This document shows, piece after piece, positions 1 through 10,836 of a stretch of DNA of 64,000 bases (its first letter is position 1; every line of letters begins with the position of its first letter). The notes under the pieces are model-generated. The model was not told where the DNA came from, did not search any database, and saw nothing but the letters and a program-made list of their open reading frames with translations. The stretch covers positions 1 to 64,000 of the forward strand of contig JAKLZA010000306.1 in the NCBI GenBank assembly GCA_030704615.1. Reading direction: 5' to 3'. The position numbers and the translations under genes are program-made. The DNA comes from Takakia lepidozioides. Lineage: Eukaryota; Plantae; Bryophyta.

Positions 1-292
1 AGTAACCCCGAGAACGGTGCAAGCCCGTTGGTGACCAAAAACTAGTGAGTAAGCGAGCGAGCCGGAAAGCGACCAAAGAGTGGGGAGCTCTTCCGGACTG
101 CCATCTACCAAAGGGAATTCTCCTAGTCCCAAATAGGTGGAGGGTTTAGAGGGAGGCGGAAGGGGACCGTTATGTCCCGGTGAGCAGCCGAAACTCCAAG
201 TTGGCCCGGCGGCCAGGTTGGGAGTCAGGCGCGCGCATCAAAGCGAGTAACTATGACTTGAAGGGGAGTTTACCGAACTGAGGTGTGCGACA
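1..292 (+). repeat. 3' part (R/U5) of the 5' LTR
   Basis: Ends ...aggtgtgcgaCA just before the PBS; terminus is the inverse of the 3' LTR start TGTCGC; homologous to the reverse complement of IGS 27911-28150. Confidence 0.9.
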
Positions 293-294
293 CT

Positions 295-306
295 TGGTAT
301 CAGAGC
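295..306 (+). promoter_or_regulatory. Primer binding site complementary to initiator tRNA-Met
   Basis: TGGTATCAGAGC, 2 nt after the LTR end. Confidence 0.95.
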
Positions 307-347
307 TTAGAGTTCAGTACGCGATCGTCCTTGGGATTGGCCTCATC

Positions 348-3300
348 ATGGGGTCGGGCAAGCCGAAGCGAAAGCGGAACGGCCCAAAAGATGATGATCC
401 CGTTGAGCCCGATGGGGGCGACGTGTCACCGAGGCGGCCGTTTGAGGAAGCGATTAATGTTTCCGAAAACGAGGCCGCTCAAGAGCGGGAGGAATCCGAG
501 GAGTCGGAGCCCGAGGAATCTTTGAGAGCTCCGACAAACCAAGAGATGCCTCCCATGCCGGCAGCCTTTTGGGAAGGGTTGTTGGCGCAGTTTGGCGGGA
601 CGTTGAAAGACGTGTTGAAGGCGGCTAATGCCACTTCCACCAAGGCAAAGTTTAAGGTGAAGCCTAAGGAACCCGGCACCTTCGAGGGCGTTCGAAACCG
701 GAAGGCACTCAACACCTGGCTCCTGGAGCTAGAGGAGTACTTCCGGGCGGCCAAGTTGAGTGACGAGGATCGGGTGGAAGTGGCTCCCACCTATTTGAGG
801 GGCTATGCTCAACAATGGTGGCAGAAACGCCTTCACGACCGAGGCCCAAGCCCGGAAACCTTGAACTGGAGTGAGTTCAAGGAATTGATGAAGAGACAGT
901 TTGTGCCCCTCAACGCGTCCTGGCTTGCCCGGGACAAGATGAGGAATTTGAAGCAAACAGATGACATTCGGGGGTATGTCCAGGCTTTCAATGTGCTGTT
1001 GCTCGAAGTCGCGGACATGGCAGAACCAGAAATGGTCTTCAACTTTGTGGCGGGACTGGCCCCATGGGCTAGGCGGAAGTTGGAGGAGAAGCCACCCAAG
1101 ACTTTGAACGAGGCAATTGAGAGAGCTGAATGTTTCTCGGATGTCCCTAGGGGTGAGAGACAAGGCCGTACGGAGCTGAACCACAAGAAGACCCGGCGGG
1201 AAGGTGACTCCTCCCGACCGGAAAAGAAGTGGGATAGGCCACGCGGCGAAAATGGCACGTGGAAATCGAAGGGAGGTCCTTCACACGTCAAGGCGGCACC
1301 CGGTGCTTCGAAAGGAAAAGCGGGTGGACGACTTATGGCGGACAGAAGGCGACCTTTGATGGAGTGTGTTTCAATTGCGGGGAGCCCGGGCACATGGCCA
1401 AGAAGTGCACGAAGCCCCGGCAATTGAACATGACTCGGGCGACCACGGAGCTGTCGGAAGATACCATCAGTCGCTTGGTGGAAGCGGTGGTCGCCAGGAC
1501 TTGCAAGGTAGGCAAATTTTCTTGTGAGTTGTATCAGGAAACTGGCGCCTTACGAAAAGGGAGTCAGTTATTGTTCGTGGATGGGATAATATCCGGAACT
1601 AATGTGTCGTTGTTGGTGGACACAGGAGCGTCGCACTCCTTCATGACGCCGGCGGCGGCGCGAAAGTTGGGACTCCCGACAAGTGACGTGGGGGCCTCTA
1701 TTGAGGTGCGCTCTGCCAAAGGAGAACCTCAGTTGGCGACAAGGTTGGCGTTTGATGTTCCTCTTCAACTGGGGAGTTGGGAGGGACGTGAGAACTTCAC
1801 TATCTGCGAGATCGATGGAGTGGATCTCATTTTGGGAATGACCTTTTTGAGCAAATCCGGAGCGGTCATAGATGGCCGCAAGAGAGTAGTCACGCTGCCA
1901 TGTGGGAATGGTGGCGAGGTTTTACGAGTGTCGGAAACGCCCAAATCCGTGGGAGGGCGAATAAACCTTCTATCAGCAAAGGAGTGGGCCGTGGAGGAGA
2001 CACACGAGTCCCAGTTTTTGCTTTACATTAGAGAAGTGAAAAGAGAAGGCGATGGGGAGCCGAGCCCAGATTGGATCAAGGGGATTTTGGAGAAATACCA
2101 GGATGTGATGCCGGAGGATTTACCAAGCGGCTTGCCACCGCGAAGAGGAGTTGACCACAAAATTGAGGTGATACCGGGATCGGAACCGCCTGCCAAGGCG
2201 CCCTACCGGTTGAGCCACAAAGAGTTGGTCGAGCTGAAGACTCAGCTCAAAGATCTAATGTCAAAGGGGTACATCCGGCCGAGTAAGTCACCTTACGGAG
2301 CCCCGGTGCTATTTGCAGACAAGAAGGATGGGACGCTGCGGATGTGTGTCGATTACAGGGCTCTGAATAAGGTGACTATCAAAAACCGGTACCCTTTGCC
2401 AAGGATCGACGACCTCTTCGATCGGTTGGCAGGAGCGAAGTATTTCAGCCGGATCGACTTGCGCTCCGGCTATCACCAAATTCGGGTGGCGGAAGGAGAT
2501 GAGGAGAAGACCGCGTGCAGGACAAGGTATGGTTCATATGAGTTCTTGGTGATGCCTTTTGGGCTCACCAATGCACCAGCGACATTTAGCACGCTGATGA
2601 ACAGCCTTTTTCAGGAGTGGTTGGATGACTTTGTGATCGTGTACATCGACGACATCTTGGTGTACTCGAAAACAAAGGAGGAGCACCTCAAAAGGGTGTT
2701 CCAAAAATTGCGAGAAGGGAAGCTGTATGCCAAAGCTTCAAAGTGCGAATTCGGGGTCACAAAAGTGGAGTTCTTGGGGCACGTGATTACACAGGATGGG
2801 ATCAAAATGGATGACAGAAAGGTGAGGGCGATCTTGGACTGGGAGCCTCCGACTTCGGTCCCGGGAGTGCGATCCTTCCTAGGACTCGCCTCCTATTACC
2901 GGAAGTATGTGAGAAATTTCGCCAAGATCGCGGGGCCGCTGTCGGACCTTCTGTGTAAATCCAAAGTCTGGGTATGGAACACATTTTGTGGCCAAGCTTT
3001 TGCTGAATTGAAGCAGCGGATGACGGAAGCTCCAGTCTTAAAAATCCCGGAGTTCGATCGTCCGTTTGAGATTCATACAGATGCATCGGACTTCGCAATT
3101 GGGGGTGTACTTATGCAAGATGGACGTCCAGTGGCTTACGAAAGTAAGAAACTGAATGAAGTGGAGCGACGGTGGCCGACGCACGAAAAAGAGATGAAGG
3201 CGGTGGTACATTGCCTTGAACTCTGGCGCCACTATGTTGGTTCCAACCCAGTGAAGGTGTTCACGGACAATGTCACGGTGAAGTATTTTGCCACGCAGCC

Positions 3301-4899
3301 CAAGTTGTCCCCAAAACAACTTAGGTGGCAAGATACTTTGGCAGTGTTCGACGTGGATATCCAGTACAAACCGGGACGGGACAATGTGGTGGCCGATGCT
3401 TTAAGTAGAAAGCAACAGCTCTTGTTGGTGTACAAGGGCGAGACGGCGCTCCAAAGGAAGATCCGGAAGGCTTGCCGGAAGGATGAGCTGGCAAAGTGCG
3501 TGATGCAGAACTTGAGAATGGGGGTTAAATCGCAGTTCCACTTGCAAAACGGACTGCTCCGGTATAAGCAAAAACGTCTCTATGTGGCAAAGGGAGGGAT
3601 TAGGGATAGTCTCTTGAGAGAATGCCATGATAGCCCGCTTGCGGGCCACGGTGGAGCCAAGCGCACTGCGGCACTCTTGAAGAAAGAGTATTTCTGGCCC
3701 AAACTGAGGGAGGAGGCAGAGGAGTATGTAAAGACATGCACCACATGCCAACAAAACCGGAGCGAGTATAAAAAGCAAGCGGGGCTGTTACAACCCTTGC
3801 CGATTCCAGAGGGGACTTGGGAAAGCGTCTCGATGGATTTCATGACTGCTATGCCGCTGTCAAAAGGATTCGATGCAATCATGGTGGTGGTAGATAGGTT
3901 CAGTAAAATGGCCCATTTCATCCCCACCAAGGAGACGGCAACTGCGCAGGAGACAGGGCGACTTTACTTCGCCCACGTCTTAAAGCATCATGGAGTCCCG
4001 AAGGATATTGTCTCGGACCGCGACCCAAAGTTTACGAGTAAATTCTGGAGAGCACTTTGGAAGAAGATGGGACGAGGCTGAAGATGAGCACCGCCTTCCG
4101 ACCTACGACGGACGGCCAAACGGAAAGAGTGAATTCCGTAGTGAAGCAATTCTTGCGGAATTACGTGTCGGCAGACCAATCAGACTGGATGGAACACTTA
4201 GACGCGGCAGAGTTCTGTTATAATAACACAGAACACTCCGCGACGGGAGTTTCCCCTTTTGTGTTGGTCTATGGAAAAGCACCTCTGGTGCCGACAAGTT
4301 GGGCCGCCCAGGACGTTGAGGAACCGGCAGTAGCGGCGGTACTGGAAGAACGCGAGCGTTTGTTGAAGCTCGCAAAGTACAACATTGCCAAAGCTAGGAA
4401 ACGGTATGAAAGGCAGGCGAATCGGAAGCGGAGGGAAGTGAAGTTTGAGGCAGGCACAGAGGTCTGGTTGAACATCAAGAATTTTCGACTACCTCCGGAA
4501 ATGAGTCCGAAGTTCGTACCTCCGTATGCGGGTCCCTTTCGCATTCGGAGGGTTATGAATGAGGATGTGTATGAATTGGAGCTGCCAGCAAACAGCAAGG
4601 TGCACCCAGTATTCCATGTCTCCCTTTTGAAGCCTTACTTCAAAGATGAAGCACGTCCGAATCGGCAGCAAGTGTTGCGTCCGCCACCTATGCTGTTGGA
4701 TCATGAAAATGAACCCGAGTACGAGGTGGAGGCAATACTTAAGTCGAGGAGGTTCAAGAACCGAGAAACGGAGTATCTCGTCAAATGGAAGGGCTATCAT
4801 CTTGTGGAGGCATCTTGGGTGCGTGCCTCAGAAATGGGAAACGCATCCGAGGCAGTTGCAGCGTTCGAAGGGCGACCTCAAAAGCGGAAGAAGCGTTGA
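348..4899 (+). CDS. Gag-Pol polyprotein with two apparent 1-nt frameshifts (~1315, ~4072)
   Basis: Retrotransposon gag (ORF 285-1427); zinc knuckle [14 protein letters not shown]; protease LVDTGAS; RT YIDD; RNase H TDASD; integrase HHCC, SMDF, SDRD, GQTER, GPF; chromodomain YEVEAIL...YLVKWKGY...ASW. Both shifts fall in short A or G runs. Confidence 0.92.
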
Positions 4900-5791
4900 T
4901 GGGGACATCAACCTTGGAGCGTGGGGGAGGAAATGCATGCTTAGCCCGGTTTAGCTAGCTCAGGAATCCGATTGCAAAAACTTGTATTGTACAAAAATTT
5001 GTGATAAAGGAAATGGGTTCCAAATATTGTGCGTCCTATTGTGTTTGGAATGGTGATGCATGGTGTGGTTGGCTGGTGTGTAGAATGCATGCTAGCTTAC
5101 AAAAGTGGGAGAGGTAAATTGGGTTAATCGTGTGTTTGCGCAGTGCCGAAATCGGGTGACTCCCATCCAAGGGGCAAGGAAACTTGCGCCTTATTTGGGA
5201 GTTCAAGTGCTAGTGCGCACCTGGCGCGTGCGCGTACTATAACTGCGCTACCGAGGGGGTTGCCTTGTAGTGCGGGCTAACGCGGAAGCTACGTGCTTCC
5301 GTTCACGTACTATAATCGTGTAGCCTCGGGACGAAGTCGTAGTGCGGCTTCGGCGTGTTCCCGTACCTCAGGCCAGCATTCCAAGGCGGACCCAATTGTA
5401 GTGATTGGGGCGCACGGTTGGTTCAAGGTTATCTTCCTAGTCAAAGAGGGTTCCAGGTGAACCCTTGCTCAAGGTGATGCCAAAAGCGGCATCATGAGCG
5501 ATCGCAAGCAATGTTGTTGCAGTAAGGCGATTCGATCCTCGGGGAGGATCGTTCCTTGGCCTTGAAGTAGGCCAAGAAGAGTGCACTGGGAGGAGCTGGA
5601 GAGGCTCCACCCTTGGCCGGGACTTGGAGGAAAACGGCCGAACTAGCTAGTGGAGAGTGGAGTCAAGTGTGGGGTTTGGTTCTTTGCCATGGGACGCCAT
5701 GGTACGGAAACAAACTCCTTGATGTGGGACGCCACAACTTGGATGTTCGTTTCTACAAAATGGACAAGTCGATGAGGGCATCGACTCCCTG

Positions 5792-5805
5792 TTGGTAGGG
5801 GTGTG
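5792..5805 (+). promoter_or_regulatory. Probable polypurine tract
   Basis: ttggtaggggtgtg directly before the 3' LTR start, preceded by the hairpin gtcgatgagggcatcgac. Confidence 0.6.
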
Positions 5806-5955
5806 TGTCGCGGCCCTTTGCCTTGAGGGCAGGGGGTCGGGACACATGAGGGGCTGCCCCTGTGGTGGGGGCAGCGGCAGCGATAGGTATGGGGGGCTGA
5901 AGCACCCTTGAGTGCCCAAGGCACTCAAGGAGGCGGAGGCGCTCACTAGGTGGAG
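5806..5955 (+). repeat. 5' 150 bp (U3) of the 3' LTR, truncated
   Basis: Starts TGTCGCGGCCCTTTG; aligns with the reverse complement of IGS ~28420-28576; homology stops at the DNA transposon TIR. Confidence 0.9.
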
Positions 5956-6030
5956 GAGGTTTACTATTTCATGAGCAGAAACCATGAGCCATGAGCCATG
6001 AGCCGCATGAGCCGCATGAGCGGTGAGCCG
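5956..6030 (+). repeat. Left TIR and subterminal CATGAGC(C) tandem repeats
   Basis: ctatttcatgagc...catgagccatgagccatgagccgcatgagccgcatgagcgg. Confidence 0.85.
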
Positions 6031-6823
6031 AAGTCTAAGATACGCGGATTTCATGAGCGGACTCCTCCAAATTTGGAAATGCGGCAGATTAAACAAGTAT
6101 TAAAATAATAGTTTTTTATTTGACCTTGCCGTTTTTGGACGTTCCAGATCATGTAATGCGGCGAAGATATGTCGTCAGTAACAAGTCCGCTCATGGTTTT
6201 ATAGATCCGCTCATGGAAATAAGTGACCGTGCAACGGGAAATCCAGTATACCACTGCAAAAGGACGTCGCATACTGGCCTGTATAGAGGATTCCGCGGTT
6301 TTACATGCCTTAACATTGGAATGAAGCTGACCCTTTTGCCGCGATTGAACCAATGGAGTCTGCACCAATACAGTCTGCAGTACTTCACAATTCTGTCTTC
6401 TTCGGGTATTCGGCGGGAAAGGTTTGCAACTGAACTGGGAAATAGGGTGCCGCATTAGGGTTCGCACGTGCGAAATTTCGGAGCGGGTTGGTGTTGGCGA
6501 AGGCCGCCTCTGGGGGTACCTACGACGATACTTGGAAATTCGGCGCCGCATTTCCTTGTCGGAGGTCGAATGGGGAGAGCAAGTTTTCGGAAAGCAGAAA
6601 AACATGAACCCTCCAACATACAAAAATACATGCACGTGGAAACAAGTGAACGATATAGTAATATCTTAGTTCGATCAAAACAGGTTACTGGTAGGCAAGA
6701 CATATGTCGGACCTTTGTGTGGCCAGAGTCTGAGGTACTGGCAGCAGTACAGTTCTACTATCCGATGGGCGTACCATTGTATGTGGACCGCAAGCCAAGC
6801 TCACTGGTCCCCTGGATCCATAT

Positions 6824-9800
6824 TCAGAAGAGTGTGAACCTCCTGGGGCTCAACCCTGGTGCATGTATGAAGTGATGAGTTGTGGAATTACAACGGAGTC
6901 TCTTTAGGTACACGTAGTACAAATGCTTGCAAGGGCAGTATGATGCCCCCTTGTTCGCCATGATCTGGAAGTCGGTGCAATTGCAGGTGGGTAATTCTGA
7001 AATGGTGATGGTGTACACCTCATTGCGAACAGCTGAGCCCGCCGTGGCCATCTGATACACACGCCCGAATCCTGGTGGGGGCACTTCTGTCGAGCTCTGG
7101 ATTGTACAGTTCATCCGAAGTGCATTCCCCATCCTTGTCTCGTTCACTTTTGAGGGAGGTCGCCGCCTCTTCGGTTTCCCCCAACGGTGTGTAGGATGCT
7201 TAGAGCTGTCGTGTCCCATTGTTCTTGCTCTCACAGGGGTCGGTGGTGGAGGCTGTGGAAGCGGAAATGGTTGTCTGGGCACGTCAGTGCGCTGCACCAT
7301 CCGAAATCCTGCGGCGGTAAGGGCGTCGGCCTCAACCTGACTCAGATCGCAGCCTGGTTCCACCGGCCACACCGGGGGAGCCTCTGGCATTGTCTGTATG
7401 CCGTACTTGGGCTTTCCATACACGCAAGTCATAATGTCGTGCCTGCAGAACCAGAACTGGGTGGTTGTCGCCTCCGCAAACTTTGCATGGACAAATCTTC
7501 CTGTAAAAGTAGGAGCAGGGACAGCCCCATCTGGATTCCTCCTTATCATCTCTAAACAACGTTGCCGTGTATCCACACGAATTGCGGAACACCTTCCTCG
7601 AAACGACGGCTTTGTGCGAGCAATTCTCCACTGTGAGGCAGACACAGTCGTCTCCACAATGGCTTGGCCATACTGCATAACAGCGGGCGGAATGTGGGGC
7701 AAGGGAGCGGTGGGAATTTGTTGCACGAAATCCCCGGTTGAAGGCGACGGCGATCTGGAATTTCTTGGGCTTCCACTGCTGGAAGACACATTGTGCGGCA
7801 ACATGACGGGACCTCGAGGTGCTGTCCGAATGTTCCTGTCGGATCTCCAGGAATCCTCTTCGCACCCGGGTTCCTCTTCAATCCTCCGCCTGACAGGGCG
7901 AGTCCGGACGTCCCCCTCTAGGTGTTCACCTCTGCGGTGCAGAGGCGTCCCTTTGATCTTCTCTCGCAATGCTGTCGCCCATTTCACTGGATTCTTGGAC
8001 CTCGAAGCTGTTCGTACCAACAATTCCTCCCTGTCCGGCCCAAAGCCCCATTGTTTGCCGCTCAGGAACTTGTAGTACGTGGCTTGCTGCATGATTGCTC
8101 TGTCGATGTCCTCCGTTGTGGCCGTCACTACGTCCACCAGATGTGCGGCAGAAGACGCTCGCCAGGAGGAGTGGACCGATTCTGCCATATTCGTGTTCGG
8201 CATGTCCGTGTCGGAATCCAAGCACCGCTCCTAGAAGGACACAAACAACGGTGAGGGACCAATCGAAATGTCCGTAACAGAAAGACAAATGAACGAAAAT
8301 GACAGCAGCCTACCTCCCGCATGTACTGTCCGAACTGTCGATACCGAAAATGCCACCACCCCAACCAGCTGTGCAATGCTCCCAGATTGGTTGTCTCCAC
8401 TGCACCTGACGTGTTCCACCAAGCCTCGATGATAGCAAACTTAACCTCCGCGTCATCAAATGTGGGTGCATCCTTCCACGCCGTACAAAGGACACGGTGT
8501 TCAGCCTGGAATGAGCTAGCAACAAATTTGGTAGTGTAGTGGGATAGACTCTGCATCCAATGGAATCCACAGGATCTCTCTTTCCCCTCCATTGGAACAT
8601 TGGGGTCCTCACCGTACACACGCCGCACCGCTGCCCAGTTGGCCTGAGCGTTGTCTGCCATGAATCCCCTGAAATTGGGCTCTGGCAATCCCGCCCTTGC
8701 CATCTGCTGGTTTATGCCCTCCCACAGATGCATCTCGGACTGTGTGTCCTCCCCTTTCATCTCGCAGATTGCAATCGTCATGAGCCTCTTGGAGTGATAG
8801 TCATAAACATGCGCACCCATAGTCACCCACTGATGGTTTGTAATTCGCTTGATGTGATCAAACATCACCCAAGCATTCGACAAGTTTCCAGTTGTCATGC
8901 GAGTGACCAAGTCGACTCCACTCCCAGGCCCACACGTCGACATTTTGAAAATGTAACAACGATCGGATTCGCTGCCTTGCCCTGGAAACCTGCTACCTTG
9001 GATGTAGTCATATCCAGTCATTCGTTTCACCTCCAGGATTGAGTACATGTCCGACCCCCTGCCGAACTCCTGCTTGCAAGATACGATGTGATTCCGCACA
9101 TTCGGACTACAAACGTGCGAGACGGACTCCAAGAGGTCACGCATCTCGTCTTCGGTCAAGGGCTCTCGGTCGGAACCATCTTCAGACATGATTTTGCCAA
9201 GAGCAATCTTGTGGGCTGCCTTCAGCTGAATCTGCTTTGGTCTGGCTCCGGGGCTCAATTTCACCTCCTCTTTTATGATGTCGTGTGCTTCCTGCACAGC
9301 CTCACGCATGTTGCCTCTCGCCAAGGGGTGGCAGTGGACCCCAACGTGTATGCAAGCTCTAGTCAAGTCCGGGAGCAAATGGATAACGTAATATTGCTTG
9401 GCTCTGCACATGGACATGCACGTCGGTGGTTCTTTGCAATGTGCACACTTGAAAGAACCCGCAGGAGCTTGGCTGGAGACAATGAATGGATGATGCGTTG
9501 TGCCAGTCCAATCCGTCTCGTTTCTCCGCCCTCCTTTGGAGAGAAAGTGGAAGCAGGTGGGATTGAGGCACCTCAGCTTCCCCGCACAGAGGACATATCG
9601 TACACGAACACCATCAGCAATTTTCGTGCTACTGGTCTTCGTCACACACCAGGGGTGTCCGTCATGCTTTCGATCCATGTCTGTTAACATCCCGGAGGCT
9701 TTCTTTGACGAAGAAACAGGTGGAAACTCGAAGATGACATTGCCATCGACTTCGGGAGGCAGAAAAGTTACCTTTCTGACTGGGAATTTGGCATAGTCGA

Positions 9801-10407
9801 GAGCAGCCAGCTCGGAGCGAGAACCATCGAGGTGATGTTGTCGTAGGAGCTGCACAATGGACCGGGTTGGAGTTATGCTCGAGGGCACATGCGTAGCACC
9901 TACAGAGACGTCCATGCCGGATTTGAACGACCGTGTGGAGGACATGGGTACCTCAATGCAATCATCTTCCTCGTCGGAAATGTCGAATACGTCCACACGA
10001 GAAGCTATGGAGGGTCTTGACGGTCCAGGTCGGGAATGATTATCGTTGCATACCTCTCTGTTGGCAGTGGCCGCCTGTCGGTTTCCGGACTCCTTTGTGG
10101 ATGGTGTGGGCAGCGACTGATTCGGAAAGGGAATGGGCATTCCCACAGCTCGGTACAGGATGGTGTCTGACGGGGGAACGTGCCATTCGATTCCGCAACC
10201 TCCGTCGTTACCTAGCACGACAATGGTCTCGTCAACCTGTCCAGGAACATCCTTCCTTTCTTCTTCCAAATAAACTGTGCCCGGTTTGAGCTTGAATTTG
10301 GAACAAAGGTAAGTTTCAGTCACTCTGCAAAGTCCTCCCTCGTTTGGGATCCAGGCTCTCCCAAGTTGCGGAGGACAGCAAACTATAGCGTAGGAATTCG
10401 GAGCCAT
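6824..10407 (-). CDS. Spliced MULE-type transposase: GCM/WRKY-like Zn DNA-binding domain, DDE core, C-terminal SWIM finger; intron 8231-8313
   Basis: GCM-like DGHPW..T...C.GKLRC..C...CAHC...C.A...H.G.H.HP; catalytic FDH and MADNA; CGFHW (CxxH); an 83-bp phase-0 GT-AG intron (GAG|gtaggc...ttctag|GAG) joins ORF 8128-10623 to ORF 6824-8221, which supplies TNMAESVH (catalytic E); SWIM CNC...CKH. The start (ATG 10407) and extreme C-terminus are uncertain (probable 1-nt indel near 6845). Confidence 0.85.
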
Positions 10408-10836
10408 CGAACACCGCACGGAGTTGGCAAGTGCGAGGTTCAGTATAGCGACAGACCAAGGCTCACAGGCACCATCTAAGTGGATCTGCGGAGTCCATCG
10501 ACGATTGGAAGTCGCACATTGAAGTGGAAAGTATTGTTTCAAGCTACATGCATGAAGGTGGGAGGTTTGATTCCATAGCCAGTGAGTAGGACAATGATGG
10601 CCGATTCGGCGACGAAATAACATCTCCTGACAGTTTCTCCTGAGGGTGGATCCAGCAGTATTCTCGGTGCAGACAGGAACGTTCGCACTGACAAGTGCCA
10701 GGACTGCTGGTTAAAACGGTCAGACAACCAAGTTGTGCTCATCAAGACTGGCCGCAATTGTGTTGTTTCGGAACAATGCAACCCATTGAGGTTCCAGATT
10801 TCCCGTCACGAGTGATTCTGTCGATTGCTGGTGGAC

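Larger units (their letters stand above)
1..5955 (+). mobile_element. Ty3/gypsy LTR retrotransposon, chromovirus (Galadriel-like); 5' LTR cut by window edge, 3' LTR truncated by a DNA transposon
   Basis: Order: LTR end (TGCGACA, 292), PBS, gag, PR, RT, RH, IN, chromodomain, PPT, LTR start (TGTCGC, 5806). RT-RH-IN order is gypsy. Clade call is inferred from the Met PBS plus a group I chromodomain. Confidence 0.95.

Noticed and set aside
1259-1427. Programmed gag-pol ribosomal frameshift
   Set aside because: The shift lies before the zinc knuckle in a short A run, and a similar 1-nt loss occurs in integrase; a sequencing indel or mutation is more likely.
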